Below are positions 38,140-51,032 of a DNA stretch of 64,000 bases, in pieces (the stretch's first letter is position 1; each line of letters opens with the position of its first letter). Made by a program: the position numbers and the translations under genes. The notes beneath the pieces were generated by a model that saw nothing but the letters and a program-made list of their open reading frames with translations, was not told where the DNA came from and made no database searches. The DNA is from an uncultured Candidatus Entotheonella sp. (GTDB lineage: Bacteria; Tectomicrobia; Entotheonellia; Entotheonellales; Entotheonellaceae): positions 2,656,001 through 2,720,000 of the forward strand of contig OZ244252.1 of NCBI GenBank assembly GCA_965217185.1, read 5' to 3'.

Positions 38140-39132
38140 ATGCCGTGGATGGAAAACATCGTCGCCATGCTTGGAATGCACGCCGCCTGCAACCCGGAGG
38201 ACGGCGGCAGCGAACAACTCTTCGCGCTCAACCGCGAGGCGCCGAACTTCCCGTCCCTGGATCAATTCAGCGCCGCCTGTCCCGCCTTGCCGCGCATCCG
38301 TGACCTGCAAAAGGCCATCGACACCGGCTACAAGAACTTCACCCGCTCGTGGGGCGACCTCATCGAGTCGTTTTTCAACCCCTTCCTCGATTTCCTCATC
38401 TGGACCGAAAACCTGCTGGTCAGCACGCCGTGGTGGCTGACCCTCGTCGTCATCACCGCCATCGTCTACGTGATGACCCGGCAGCGGCTGCATACCGCGG
38501 CGGTCCTCGTGGTGCTGGCCGTCATCGGCTTTTTCGGCATGTGGGACGACGCCATGCGGACGCTGTCGTTCATCCTCGTCTGCACCCTCATCTGTATCCT
38601 TTTCGGCATCCCTGTCGGCGTGCTGATGGCACGCCACAGCCGCATGCGCAACACCGTCACCCCCGCCCTGGACGTCATGCAGACGATGCCGAGCTTCGTG
38701 TACCTGATTCCGGTGGTCATGCTGTTCGGGGTCGGCAAGGTGCCGGGCGCCATTGCGGTGATTGCCTACGCCATCCCACCGGTCATTCGTCTCACCGACC
38801 TGGGCATCCGCCTAGTGGACCGGGAAGTCCTGGAGGCGAGCGAGGCGTTCGGCGCCAGCAACTGGCAGAAGCTGCTAGACGTTCAGATACCGCTGGCGCT
38901 GCCGAACATCCTGGCCGGGGTCAACCAGACGATCATGATGGCGCTCGCCATGGTCGTCATTGCGTCCATGGTTTCGGTGCGCGGCCTGGGGATCGAGGTG
39001 CTGGAGGCGGTGACCAATCAGTATCTCGCCAAGGGCCTGTTCAACGGTCTGGCCGTGGTGGCGTTCGCGATCATGTTCGACCGCGTGACGCGGCAGACGA
39101 TTTTGCAGAGCCAGAAGTACGTACAGGAGTAA
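38140..39132 (+). CDS. Glycine betaine/proline-type ABC permease (ProW-like)
   Basis: LDVMQTMPSFVYLIP, EASEAFGA, AGVNQTIMMALAMVVIASM; start uncertain. Confidence 0.92.
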   Translation: MPWMENIVAMLGMHAACNPEDGGSEQLFALNREAPNFPSLDQFSAACPALPRIRDLQKAIDTGYKNFTRSWGDLIESFFNPFLDFLIWTENLLVSTPWWLTLVVITAIVYVMTRQRLHTAAVLVVLAVIGFFGMWDDAMRTLSFILVCTLICILFGIPVGVLMARHSRMRNTVTPALDVMQTMPSFVYLIPVVMLFGVGKVPGAIAVIAYAIPPVIRLTDLGIRLVDREVLEASEAFGASNWQKLLDVQIPLALPNILAGVNQTIMMALAMVVIASMVSVRGLGIEVLEAVTNQYLAKGLFNGLAVVAFAIMFDRVTRQTILQSQKYVQE

Positions 39133-39139
39133 AGACGGC

Positions 39140-40168
39140 ATGCCGGAAGCCAAGATCGTTGTTGAGCACCTATACAAGATTTTCGGGCCGGCGCCTGCCG
39201 AGGCGCTGGCGCGCGTCAAAGCGGGCATCAGCAAGCAGAGCCTGCTTACCGAGCACGGGCACGTTGTCGGCCTGGTGGACATCAACCTTAACATTGCGGG
39301 GCAGGAAATCTTCGTCGTCATGGGCCTGTCCGGCTCCGGCAAGTCGACGCTCATCCGCCATTTCAACCGCCTGATCGAACCAACCGAGGGCGCCATCAGC
39401 ATCGACGGGCAAGACGTGCTGCGGCTGTCGCGCCGCGACCTGGAGGCGTTCCGGCGCGAGAGGATGAGCATGGTTTTCCAGCGCTTCGGGCTGCTGCCGC
39501 ACCGCACCGTGCTGCAAAACGTCGGGTACGGTTTGGCGGTACGGAACCTCAGCAGGGCGGACGTCCACCACAAGGCCATGGAATGGATCGAGCAGGTGGG
39601 TCTGGAGGGGTTCGAGGATCACTACCCGGGACAACTCTCCGGCGGCATGCAGCAGCGGGTGGGCTTGGCGCGCGCCCTGGCCACCAATGCCGAAATCCTC
39701 CTCATGGACGAGGCTTTCAGCGCGCTCGACCCGCTCATCCGCTCCAGCATGCAGGACCTGTTGCTGGGACTCCAGACGAAGCTGAACAAGACCATCGTGT
39801 TCATCACGCACGACCTCGACGAGGCTCTCAAACTGGGCGACACCATCGCCATTCTCAACGACGGCATGGTGGTGCAGGCGGGCGACCCGCAGGAAATCGT
39901 CATGCACCCGGCCGACGAATACATCGAGAATTTCGTGCAGGACATCAACCGCGCGCGGGTGATCCGGGCGCGCTCAGTCATGGAGCCCGTTGCGGCAGCC
40001 AACGGCGCCGACCTGCAGGCCGAGGTGACAGCAAACGACACTCTGGAAACCGTGCTCGCCGCCATGCAGGGCAATCCCGACGGCTGCGTCGGCGTGACGC
40101 AGGACGGCCTGACGGTGGGCACCATCACGGCCCGCAGAATGTTGGAAGTGCTGCCGCCACAGCGGTGA
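39140..40168 (+). CDS. Glycine betaine/proline-type ABC ATPase (ProV-like)
   Basis: [46 protein letters not shown]. Confidence 0.95.
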   Translation: MPEAKIVVEHLYKIFGPAPAEALARVKAGISKQSLLTEHGHVVGLVDINLNIAGQEIFVVMGLSGSGKSTLIRHFNRLIEPTEGAISIDGQDVLRLSRRDLEAFRRERMSMVFQRFGLLPHRTVLQNVGYGLAVRNLSRADVHHKAMEWIEQVGLEGFEDHYPGQLSGGMQQRVGLARALATNAEILLMDEAFSALDPLIRSSMQDLLLGLQTKLNKTIVFITHDLDEALKLGDTIAILNDGMVVQAGDPQEIVMHPADEYIENFVQDINRARVIRARSVMEPVAAANGADLQAEVTANDTLETVLAAMQGNPDGCVGVTQDGLTVGTITARRMLEVLPPQR

Positions 40169-40243
40169 TCCGACGGCGTGGCGCCAATCTCGTTAACGGG
40201 GGACGGCCGCGCTCGCTATTCTTCCTTGATGAGGACACATCGC

Positions 40244-41116
40244 ATGATCAGCCGCCAACTATTCGGCCATACCGGACACCTCAGCAGCCGCGTGATTTTC
40301 GGCGCCGCCGCCTTCAGCCGCGTCAACCAAGACGAAGCCGACCGCACGCTGGAGGTGCTGCTGGAGCACGGCGTCAACCACATCGACACCGCCGCGCGCT
40401 ACGGCGATTCTGAACTGCGCATCGGCAAGTGGATGGCGTGGCACCGGCAGGATTTCTTTCTGGCCACCAAGACGAGGGAACGCAGTTACCAGGCGGCGTG
40501 GGACGACCTGCGGCGCTCCCTGGACCGGCTGCGGGTGGATGCCGTGGACCTGTGGCAGTTTCACAATCTTGTCGACCCGCAGGAATGGGAGATCGCCATG
40601 GGGCCGGACGGTGCGCTCGCCGCCGCCGTCGAGGCCAGGGAGCAGGGCCTGATCCGCTTTATCGGCGTCACCGGCCACGGTCTGCCGATCCCGTCCATGC
40701 ATCTGCGCAGCCTGGAACGCTTTGCCTTCGATTCGGTGCTGCTGCCGTACAACGTCACCATGATGCAGACCCCGCAGTACGCCGCTGACGTGACGGCGCT
40801 GTTGAAGGTATGCGCCGACAGGGGGGTTGCGGTGCAGACGATCAAGTCCCTGGCAGTTGGGCCTTGGGATGGGACGCCGACGCACAGCACCTGGTACGAG
40901 CCGCTGGAAGAACAGGCGGACGTCGACGCCGCGGTGCATTGGGTGCTCGGCTGCCCCAACGTGTTTCTTAACACCGCGGGCGACGTTCATCTCTTGCCGC
41001 GAGTGCTGGAGGCAGCCGGGCGCTTTGAGCGCCGGCCGTCCGAGGAGGAGATGCAGGCCGCGGTGGACCGCTGCGGCATGGTGGCCCTGTTTACCGAGGA
41101 GCGCAGCGGGCCGTAA
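40244..41116 (+). CDS. Aldo/keto reductase
   Basis: [39 protein letters not shown]. Confidence 0.92.
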   Translation: MISRQLFGHTGHLSSRVIFGAAAFSRVNQDEADRTLEVLLEHGVNHIDTAARYGDSELRIGKWMAWHRQDFFLATKTRERSYQAAWDDLRRSLDRLRVDAVDLWQFHNLVDPQEWEIAMGPDGALAAAVEAREQGLIRFIGVTGHGLPIPSMHLRSLERFAFDSVLLPYNVTMMQTPQYAADVTALLKVCADRGVAVQTIKSLAVGPWDGTPTHSTWYEPLEEQADVDAAVHWVLGCPNVFLNTAGDVHLLPRVLEAAGRFERRPSEEEMQAAVDRCGMVALFTEERSGP

Positions 41117-41139
41117 CACCGCGGTGTTGTCTGGAAGGA

Positions 41140-42141
41140 CTACACCAGTGGAAACACCGAGTCGCCGAGGGTGCGGATGAGGGCTTGGCGTGCTTCCACA
41201 AAACCGGTGAACAGGATGTTCGGTATCCCCGCCTCGCCGACCCGCCGAATCTGCGCGGCGCATTCCTGCGGGGTTCCGAGGACGGCGAAGCGCTGCACCA
41301 TGTATTCCAGGAACTCCGGGTCGGCGATCAGTTGGGCGTTCGGCGATTCCCCGTGCGCCTCGTGCTGGTGCGGCTGGTAGCCTTGCTGGACGCGCCGGAC
41401 GGCGTCGTGAAACGCCGGCGGCACCTGCTTTCCCGACAGCGTGAAGCGAAACGCGTGGTGCGCCGTCGAGGCCAGTTCCATGCGGATTTGGCGGATGAGG
41501 GCGTCGCGGTCCCGGCCGACGTTGACGCGTGCCATGGCCCAGATGTCGAGATCCTGCAAGGTGCGTCCGGCCCGCTCGGCGCCGCGCCGCAGATGCTCCA
41601 GGCATAGGACCACGTTCTCCGGTTCCAGACCCAACCCGCAAATGACCCCGTCCGCCACCTCGCCCGCCAGTTCCAGCGTTTTCGGTCCCTCCGCCGCGAT
41701 GTACACCGGTACCGGGTGGGGCACCCATTGGGTGTGAATGTCCCGACCCTGCCACGCCGCGTGGTCGCCGCGCAGCAGCTTCTGCATGGTCTCAATGGTG
41801 GCCCGCATCCCCGCCAGATTGAACGGCTTTTCGCCCAGGTTCAGAATGGCGCTGTCGCCTGATCCCATACCGTAGAGGCAGCGTCCGTCGCCGATCTCGT
41901 TCAAGGTGGCAATTGCGCTTGCCGCCACCGCCGGATGGCGCGTAATCGGGTTCGTCACCGTTGGCCCCACCCGCACCCGCGACGTTTGGCTCAGAATCAT
42001 CGCGGCGGTCACGTACACCTCTCGGAACACCGACTGAGAATCCGCCACCCCGACCAGATCAAACCCTGCCGCCTCCGCCGCTTGCGCATTTGCCACCGCG
42101 CCGGCCACGCTGCGAGGTATTTCAATGATGCCGAATTTCAT
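41140..42141 (-). CDS. LLM-class flavin/F420-dependent oxidoreductase
   Basis: VGPTVTNPITRHPAVAASAIATL, GMGSGDS, YIAAEGPKTLELAGEVADG. Confidence 0.9.
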   Translation of the reverse strand: MKFGIIEIPRSVAGAVANAQAAEAAGFDLVGVADSQSVFREVYVTAAMILSQTSRVRVGPTVTNPITRHPAVAASAIATLNEIGDGRCLYGMGSGDSAILNLGEKPFNLAGMRATIETMQKLLRGDHAAWQGRDIHTQWVPHPVPVYIAAEGPKTLELAGEVADGVICGLGLEPENVVLCLEHLRRGAERAGRTLQDLDIWAMARVNVGRDRDALIRQIRMELASTAHHAFRFTLSGKQVPPAFHDAVRRVQQGYQPHQHEAHGESPNAQLIADPEFLEYMVQRFAVLGTPQECAAQIRRVGEAGIPNILFTGFVEARQALIRTLGDSVFPLV

Positions 42142-42152
42142 TGGAATTGTTC

Positions 42153-42950
42153 CTATGGTGTGTTGTTGGTTCCGCCGCCTTGGGGTTCCGGCACCAATTC
42201 GTAGGCGACAGCAGCCGCAAACTCGGCATCGCCCAGGTTTTCGAGCCACCAGTTGGTCACGGGGTTCTGAGGAAACCGGAATACGCCGGCAGGCTCGCCG
42301 CGGCGCAGACCCGGCGGGATATCGAATCGCGACGGGTTCAGGGAAAAGCCCGTGCCGAGCGCCTTGATCAGCGCTTCCTTCATGGTCCACAGGCTGAAGA
42401 ACAAATGAACCTTCTGTTCCCCCCTCGCAAGAGCAAGTTCCGCTTGCTCCGCCGGCGTGAATACCGTCTCCGCAATGCCGTCGAGGTCACGGCGCCCGTC
42501 GCGTTCTTCCACGTCCACGCCGATACGCCCTGCCGCGGCCAATGCGATCAATCCGTGTTGGCCGCCGTGACTGACGTTGAAGCTGATGGGCGCCCGCATC
42601 CCGCCCACCAGGGCGAACGGCTTGCCGTGCGTTAAGGTGTCGAAGGAAAGCGCTTCATTACCGCATCCGAGTTCATCGCAGAGGATGGCACGCAGGGCGG
42701 CGCGGCACAGGGCGAATTCGCGCCGCGGACGGGGATGCAGGTAGCGACGCCGGCGCGCCTGCTCTTGCCGGTCGAGCCACGTCATGGCACGTTTCTCGCG
42801 GTCCGGGCAGGGCGTCAGATCAACATGGATCACCCAAACGTCGCCGCTTTTGTGGAACGGACGCCACCAACGCCCGGCGACCGAAGCAGGCGTCATAAGC
42901 CCGTCGTTTGGCAACGCGTTGCTCCTCCGTGATACGGATTCGGGCGGCAC
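42153..42950 (-). CDS. Sfp-type 4'-phosphopantetheinyl transferase
   Basis: GKP, FNVSHGG, IGVDVE, WTMKEALIKALGTG; start uncertain. Confidence 0.92.
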   Translation of the reverse strand: MPPESVSRRSNALPNDGLMTPASVAGRWWRPFHKSGDVWVIHVDLTPCPDREKRAMTWLDRQEQARRRRYLHPRPRREFALCRAALRAILCDELGCGNEALSFDTLTHGKPFALVGGMRAPISFNVSHGGQHGLIALAAAGRIGVDVEERDGRRDLDGIAETVFTPAEQAELALARGEQKVHLFFSLWTMKEALIKALGTGFSLNPSRFDIPPGLRRGEPAGVFRFPQNPVTNWWLENLGDAEFAAAVAYELVPEPQGGGTNNTP

Positions 42951-42958
42951 ATACCCCT

Positions 42959-42974
42959 CCCCTCATATGAGGGG
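42959..42974. promoter_or_regulatory. 16 bp palindrome in the divergent promoter region
   Basis: CCCCTCATATGAGGGG, just upstream of TTGACA (42982) and TATAAC (43007; 19 bp spacer, suboptimal). Confidence 0.4.
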
Positions 42975-43144
42975 TTATGCCTTGACATCCCAATCGTGGC
43001 GCGAAGTATAACGCACCCTCGTCTGACCATAGTCTCACCTCAGTATGCTACATCGGAACGGGCTGTTTAACCCAATACTCAATTACGCCAGTGGAACACG
43101 TCCACCCGCGGACACATGTACGTTCAGCATCAAGGGGGAATGCA

Positions 43145-43492
43145 ATGTCAATCAGCGTTACGTGGGAGCGGAAGGAGGGCGTCTTGATCGGGGTGCTCGA
43201 CGGCCGCGTTGACGGCAGCAACGCCAATGAATTTCAGAGCGCCTTGGAGTCCGGCATTGATGCGGCAGACAATGCCCTGATCCTGGACTTTGGAAACGTC
43301 TCCTTCATCAGCAGCGCGGGTCTTCGCGTCGGCCTCGTGATTGCCAGGAAATTCAACGAGCCGGGCAAGAAATTCGGCGTTTGCACGCTTCCTGAACCGG
43401 TCCGCGAGGTTGTCGCGGTGAGCGGTTTCGATCAACTCGGCTCGGTTTATGGATCGCAGGCCGAGGCCATCAAGGCACTCGAGAGCGAGTAA
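43145..43492 (+). CDS. STAS-domain anti-sigma-factor antagonist
   Basis: LDGRVD, LDFGNVSFISSAGLR, VSGFDQ. Confidence 0.9.
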   Translation: MSISVTWERKEGVLIGVLDGRVDGSNANEFQSALESGIDAADNALILDFGNVSFISSAGLRVGLVIARKFNEPGKKFGVCTLPEPVREVVAVSGFDQLGSVYGSQAEAIKALESE

Positions 43493-43522
43493 CCAGAGCC
43501 CCGTCGCAGAAGGAGCAACGAC

Positions 43523-43876
43523 ATGAGTGAGAGCAACGCCCAACCTCAATCCAGCGAAGAAAAGGTGATGGCGATTCGAAGCGCGGTCGATTTCGATATC
43601 GTCGGCGAAAACATACAGGACATGGCCAATTTCGCCATTGAGAAACACGAATTCAGGAATGCCACAACCCTTTCTCCCGAGGTGCGCGAGGAAGCCGTCG
43701 CCAAGGTCAAGGAGGAACTGTGGCAATTCGTTGAAGAATTGAAGCTACGGCACAAAAAAGCTCTGGAGACCATGTTCAATTTAGCGGACAAGGCGGTCGA
43801 CGAGTCGTCGGCAAGAAGTAAGACTCGCTGTCGGCCCCGCTTGACGCCTGTGAGCGGCCTGCCGAGGGGGCCTTGA
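43523..43876 (+). CDS. Small acidic helical hypothetical protein (true stop possibly 43821 after a 1-nt indel)
   Basis: AAGGAG RBS; protein-like until ..KAVDE; an alternative frame reads VVGKK*. Confidence 0.65.
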   Translation: MSESNAQPQSSEEKVMAIRSAVDFDIVGENIQDMANFAIEKHEFRNATTLSPEVREEAVAKVKEELWQFVEELKLRHKKALETMFNLADKAVDESSARSKTRCRPRLTPVSGLPRGP

Positions 43877-43951
43877 AACCTTTGCCGCCAAGATGGAGGA
43901 TGCAGGCAGCGGGTTCTGGAATGGGATCGCCAAGTGCCCTGGAGAGAAAAA

Positions 43952-46900
43952 ATGAGCACCCTGAAGTCCGAAGACGCAGTTGCCATCGTAGGCTACAGCT
44001 ACCGCATGCCGGGCGGCATCCACACGGACGATGATTTCTGGCGCCTGCTCAGCGAACGCGAGATCGTCCAGGAACCGATAACCGACCGCTATGGCAAAGG
44101 CTACCGACCGGTCGGCGGATTCTCCGGCCCGGGTCGGTTCGCCAGTCCCTACGAAGGGTTGATCCGGGAGGATGAGGAGAAGCTCTTCGATCGCAGTCTC
44201 TTCGGATTGTCTCAGAACGAAATGACGCTCATGGACCCGCAGGTAAGGATGCTATTGACCTGCGCCTGGGAGACCTTCGAGCGGGTTGGCTGGAATTTGC
44301 ACTCCTTGCGGAACAGTCCGACAGGCCTTTTCATCGGCGCACAAGTTCCGTCAGTAGCCAGTTGGCGCCCGATGCGCGGTGCCTCTCCGTTTGACGTTAC
44401 GAGCATCAGCCTGGCCATGCTGGCCAACCGCATCTCCTACCACTTCAATCTCATGGGACCGTCAACCACCTACTGCACGGCCTGTTCCGCCAGCCTGACC
44501 GCTTTGCACGCGGCGATGAACGCGCTGCAGTGCGGCGATTGCGAGCAAGCCCTCGTCGGCTCCGTCAATTACCTGGGAACAGCCAGGCTGAGTGCTTCCT
44601 TTAATGCCCTGGGTGTCATCAGCCCGGACGGCAAGTGTCATTCTTTCGACGCGGAAGCCAACGGCTACATGCGCTCGGAGGGGGCGTTCGTTTTTGCGAT
44701 CAAGCCCTTGGAAGCAGCCGAACGTGACGGCGACCCCATCCACGCCGTCGTGGAGGCAACGGCGGTCAATGCGGCCGGCGCCGCCGACGGCAGCGACGGC
44801 CTGGCTCAGGGGCGTTACATCACCGCCCCGACCCGTCACGCACAGGCAGACCTGATGCGTATGGCTTGCGCCCGTGCGGGCCGTGCGCCACAGGATTTCG
44901 ACTATATCGAAGCCCACGCTATCGGCACCGTGGTAGGTGACCGCATTGAAGGAAACGCCATCACCGAAGCGTTCGGCGGTTGCGATCGTGAAGTTCCGTT
45001 ACGAGTCGCCGGTGTGAAAAGCAATTTGGGGCATATAGAAGCCGCGGCGTTTCATTGTGCCCTGCTCAAGGTCGTCCTGATGATGCAACGGCGCACCTTC
45101 GCGCCGATCTCCAAGAATTTTCTGGTACCGAATCCGGAGATCGATTTCGAGAGCTGCCCCATGCAGGTGCAGACGATCCTTGAGCCCTTTCCCGAACGCC
45201 CTGTGGTGATCGGCATCAATTCGTTCGGCTTTGGCGGCGCCAACGGGCACTGCGTGGTAAGGGAATACCGCCCGTCGCAACCTCGCCCCTGGTCTTCGGC
45301 CTTGGCCCCGAAGGCCGGTTTCATGATTCCCTTGTCGGCGCGAACGTCCGGCGCATTGACGCGGAGCGCGCACCAGCTACGGGAAGCGCTAGTCGAGCGG
45401 GAGGTTGACCTCTACACACTGGCCGGCAATCTCAGCCGTCGCCGCACCCATTTTGCCGCCCGCACGGCCTTCGCCGTGCGCAACCAACAAGAACTGGTCG
45501 ATGCGTTGGACGCCTTCGTAGAGGAGCCCACACCGGTCGCCACGGTGGACGAGGGTGAGCGACGGGTCGCCCTGGTGTTTGCCGGACAGGGTACGCAGTG
45601 GGCCGGTTGCGGCCGCGGGCTCTATGACGCGCATCCGGTCTTTCGCCGCGCCATCGACGCCATCGAGGAGCACTGGCGGGAGCACTCTCGCATCTCGTTA
45701 CGGGAGGCCTGTTTTTCCGCTCCGCAAGAGGAACTCAACGAGGTCCAACTCGCCCAGCCCGTCATTTTCATGATCCAGTGCGCGCTGGTGAAATTGCTCA
45801 AGACCTGGGGCGTCTATGCGGATTGCGTGGTCGGCCACAGCTCCGGCGAGGTAGCCGCCGCATACGCCAGCGGAGCCCTGTCGCTGGCGGAGGCAACGCG
45901 CCTGGTGTTCCATCGCGCCACGTTGCAGCAGCGCACCGCCGGTTCCGGCCGCATGCTGGCCATTGGTCTCGACCGGCCAGGGGTGGAGGAACTGCTCGTT
46001 ACGCTGGGGATTCCGTACCGGCCCGAGGAAGGGCCGACCCAGGTGGAGATTGCCTGCGAGAACGCACCAGCCAACACCGTCATCTGCGGCAGGGAAGCCG
46101 CCTTGCGGCCGGTCATGGAGGAGTTGGACCGGCGCAATCTGCAGAATCAGTTGCTGCCGGGCAATATCGCCTTCCACTCCACCGCCATGAACCCGGTCAA
46201 GGACGATGCGCTAGCGGCCCTGTCCTTTCTCAACGAGTGTGACTTCGACGCCGACGTGCCGTTTATTTCCTCGGTGACCGGCGTGAAGACGGAGCGATTG
46301 GACAACGCCTACTGGTGGTCGAATATACGCCGGCCCGTGCTCTTCGCAGCGGCGATGGACACCATCCAGCGGGAGTACCGGCCCGACGTGGTGCTCGAAA
46401 TTGCGCCGCACAGCGCCCTGCAGCCCGCCATCACGCAATGCCTGGAGGGCAACCTTCGACCACCGGTCTGCGTTCCGACGCTGATACGGGACACCGATGT
46501 CTGTCTCGGCTTCCAGGAGGCATTGGGTGCGCTGTTCCGGGCCGGCGTGAACCTGGACTTCCCCGCCCAGTTTCCTCGCCCCGAGCCGATCGCTCACCTG
46601 CTGCCCGGATATCCACGCGACGATCAGACGGCGTCCGACGAGATGAGCGATGACGAAATGTTCCTCAATCTCGGAGAGTACTCCCATGGCCCGCTGATCG
46701 GACATCGGGTGCCGTGTGAACACCTGCTGTTCGAAGCGCGGCTTTCGGAGCGCGACTTCCCTTGGCTGACTGAGCATCGCGTACATCATGCTTCGATCAT
46801 GCCGGCGGCCGGTTACATCGAGCTGCTCCTGCAGGCGTTCGGGGGGGTTCCGCTGCATGTGGAAACGCTGGAATTCCTGCAACCGTGTCCAATTCCCAAA

Positions 46901-49900
46901 ACCCCGGTGCGACTGCACACGGAATTGTTTCCGGTCGCCAACGCGCCGGACGAATTCACCTTCACGATCTCGTCCCGGTCCTATGAGCCCGAGGCGCATA
47001 GCGAACTGCACTCGCGCGGAAAGTTACGCTTGGTGAGCAGCGACTCCCCGGTGAACGTGCCACTGCGTCTGTCCGACATCGACACGGCTGGTTTTGAGCC
47101 CTACTACTTCGTGGGCGAAAGCGACTTCTACGAGCGCATCGACGCCAGCCTAGGCGAGACCTTCCAGTACGGTCCCTATTTCCAAAATATCAAGCGCGTT
47201 CTGTGGGAGGGCAACTCGGCCGACTATTTGTTCGACGTCGAGATGGATGAGCGGCTATGGACGACTGGCCGCGAGGAAGGATACGTCGCGAACCCCGCCC
47301 TGCTCGACGGAGGGCTACAGATATTTCTCTATCATCTGCTGCGCGCGACGGACATCTTCGCCATGCCGAGGCGTGCCCAAGGGGTGACGTTCCTGCGCCC
47401 GCCGACCGGTCCGCGTCTAACCTGTTACGTAAAAAAGGAAAAGGACTGGGCTGACGTGAACGAACTGGGGCAGTTCACGGAACGGCGTGGTGAGCGGTCC
47501 GGGGGCAGTATCCGATTTTACGACGGCGACACCGGTGATCTAATTGCGTGTATCGATGCTTACGTCTCCTTCAACTCCAACCCTCGCTGGAACGAACTGC
47601 CGCAAAGCAAGCACGTTGTCTCGTGGCAGCCCAAGTTCGTCGTCGACGCACAGTCCCTCGCGAACCGCCTTCCGGACGGCGAGATCGAGCCTTCAGCTTT
47701 GATCGCCGCCCTGGAGCAGCCCGGGGACGGCGACCGTCGTGTGTGCCACGTCGTCGAGTTTGCGGGCGACCGTCCCCCTGAAAACCATCCTCAACCAATG
47801 CCTTGACACCCTGGAAGGCGCCGGCACACAGGCCGAGTTTTGGCTGGTCAGCGACACGCAGGAACAGACCCGCGCCCACTACGACGCCCTTCATAGCCAC
47901 GATTCGGCCTTACGCTTCGCTTGCCTGGACCTCGCGGCGGAGCAGACACCGGAGTTGGATGCCGGCCTGCTCCGGCCGCATGCCGCCGAGATCCTATTGC
48001 TCCATGACGACGCCGTGGCGTTGGGACCGGAGCAGTGGCTCCTGCTTTGCCGTTTGGCAGTCCCCGGCGGCTTGGCATTGGTGGTGCACGGCGACGGCAT
48101 AGCGGTCGAGCCGGACGGGGGCTGGACCACGGTGCACGCCGGCCGGGACACGACTCTGCTACAGGCGCCGGACGCGACCGCGGATTCACCCGAGCCGCAG
48201 AAACTCCCTGCGCCCCGATGGGTGATCGGTGAGCCGGACAGCCTGTCCGCGCAGTGGCTGGCACTCCTCGATATGCCCGAGGCATATTCCATTCCGCACG
48301 CAGACCTGGAAGACGACCGTGTCGATTCGCTCGGCGACTGGCCTGGGGCGGCCGACCTGCAGGCAATAGACATCTTCTGCGGAGCCGACGCGCAAGACCC
48401 GACCGGGCAACATCTGGTGACGCGCCTGGCGGCCTTCGTCAAGGCACTGATACCGTTCCGCGTGGAACAGGCACGCCGCCCCTGCCGTTTGACCGTGGTG
48501 ACGCACCGCGCCGCGTTGGACGTGGCGGAACCGCGCGCAAGCGCCGTGTGGGGAGCCCTCCGTAGCATCAGCCAGGAAACCGCCGCAGACGTCGGCACAC
48601 AAGCGGCTATCGATTTTCGGTTGGTGGACCTGGGTTCTGCGGCGGATCTGCAGACGCTGGCTTGGCTCGGCGCGCACGACCTGCGTGAGCGCGAGCTGGC
48701 AGTACGCAATAACCGGGTATGGGCGCCGCGGCTGATCCATGTTCGGGAACGGTCTCCTGTGGTGCCGGCGGGCGAGGAGGCCGCCTACCGGCTGGCCCTG
48801 GACAATCCGGGGCAGATCGGTGGCCTGCAGATGAAGACCTACGAGCCCGCACCATTGGGACCGCACGACGTGGAGATCGACGTGGCGGCGGCGGCGCTCA
48901 ACTTCCGCGACATCATGGTGACGCTGGGGTTGCTGCCGGCGCTCTCCTGCGAGCGGTCGGCCCTCGGTCGCACGGTGGGGATAGAAGCGAGCGGGATCGT
49001 GCGCCGCGTCGGTGATGCCGTAGCCTTTACCCAAGGCGGCTGCATCACCAATCGAGCCGTGGCCAAGGACCACCTGGTGTTTGCCAAACCCCCGTCGCTG
49101 AGCATGGAGGAGGCCGCTTCGGTACTTTCGGTTATGTCACCGCCTACTATTCCCTGGTGTATCTCGCACGCCTGCGCAAGGGCCAACGCGTACTGATCCA
49201 CTCCGCCATGGGCGGTGTCGGCCAGGCGGCGATCGCCTTGGCGAAGCACGTGGGGGCGGAGATCTACGCCACGGCCGGCAGCGAGGGCAAGCGCGAACAG
49301 CTGCACGCTCTGGGCGCGCGCGGTATTTGATTCCCACAGTTTCGACTGGTACGAAGGGGTCATGGAGGCCACCGGCGGCGAGGGAGTGGACGTGGTGCTG
49401 AACTCCCTGGCCGGACGTCACATTACCCTGTGTCTGGAGGCGTTGCGGCCGGGTGGCTGGCACTGCGAGATCGGGAAGGTGGACATCTACGCCGACAACT
49501 CCCTCAGCCTGAGTGTCTTCCGTAAGAACCTGCGCTTCGCGGCGATCGACGTCGACCGTCTGATGAGCGATCACCCGGAGCTGGCACGCGAGCTCTCTCA
49601 GGAGTGCATGGACCTGCTTGATCGGGGCGCCGTACCGCCGTTGCCGATGACCTGCTTCGGGTACCAAGATTATGCCCAGGCGCTGCGCCTGATGACCACC
49701 GGCCAGCACACCGGGAAACTGGTTCTGAAAGCTCCGCCCGCCCCCGGTTCCGAGCGCTTCCCGATTGCAGACCTGCGTCCGTATCTTGACCCCGAAGCGA
49801 CCTACCTGGTCACCGGTGGCCTGGGTGGCTTTGGCAGATTGTTGTTGCCCTATCTGGCGGCCGCCGGCGCGCGCCATCTCACCTTGATGGACCGCGACCC

Positions 49901-50988
49901 GCAGCGCCGTCGAAATAGCGACTGGATACGGAAAACCAGTGCTTTGTGGTACCTCGCAGAGGAGGTCGAGATCGATATCGTCCCGGGAGATGTCGCCCAA
50001 GAGGCGAATGTCCGGCGGTGTATCGACCAACTGCGGCGGCCGCTGAAGGGGGTCTTCCATCTAGCGGGCACATTGGACGACTGCCTGCTGGCCGACCTGA
50101 CGCCCGAATCGCTGGCCAAGGTGTTCGCGCCCAAAGCCGGAGGCGCCCTCAATCTCCATGAAGCGACGGCCAACTGCGCCCTCGACCACTTCGTGCTGTT
50201 CTCCTCGGTGGCCTCGACGTTCGGCAACCCGGGACAGATCAACTACAGTGCCGCCAACGGGTTTCTGGACGGGCTGGCCGCCTTCCGGCGACGCCGGGGT
50301 CTGCCAGCACTGTGCTACAACTTGGCCGCCGTCGCCGAGGCCGGCATGGCGTCGCGCAATCTGCATGTACTACGCATTATGCGGTCGTCCGGCATGCCTC
50401 CCGTCAGCGCCGATTTCTCCATTAGCAATCTCGACTACGCCATGCGCACCATGCAGGACCGGGATCACCTGATCACGGCACTGTTCTCCCGCCCGCCGTT
50501 GACGGTCGACTCACCCGACTACAATGCGAACCGGGCGCGTGCTCAGCAATCCGGACGCGTTTGCGGTCGATTCAGGCGGCCAACTGACGCTGGACACCGT
50601 GGTGGCCCAGATCGCCGGCAAGGTGGCCGAGCTGTGCGGCCACGACGAGGGAGGCCTGGAGGAGCCGTTGTCCAGTTTCGGGCTCACCTCAATCTCGGTT
50701 GCCGAGTTGGGGGCGTTCATCCGGATGCAGTTCAACTATCAGGTCAGCGCTCTCGAACTGATGACCACTGCCTCTTCCCTGTCTCTGGCACAGGACATCA
50801 TCCACGGAAAGAAGGACGTTGAGGAGGACGATGCAGACGCGGTTACGGCTGGACCCGAGGATACGACCCTTGCCGGCAGGCAGGGTGCCCGCCGTACGCC
50901 GTCGGCTTTCGCCAGCCGACTCGAGGACCACTTCCCGGATGGGCACGACGTCGAGTCGCCCTCCCTGGCAGAACTCGCAACCCGTTAA
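43952..50988 (+). pseudogene. Mono-modular type I PKS/FAS, KS-AT-DH-ER-KR-ACP (SwfA-like), with four frameshifts
   Basis: [87 protein letters not shown]. Frame changes at ~47783, ~49133, ~49315 and ~50524. Confidence 0.9.
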
Positions 50989-51032
50989 ATCCGCAATGCC
51001 GACCCGAGTTCCATATCACTGGGAGGACAGAT

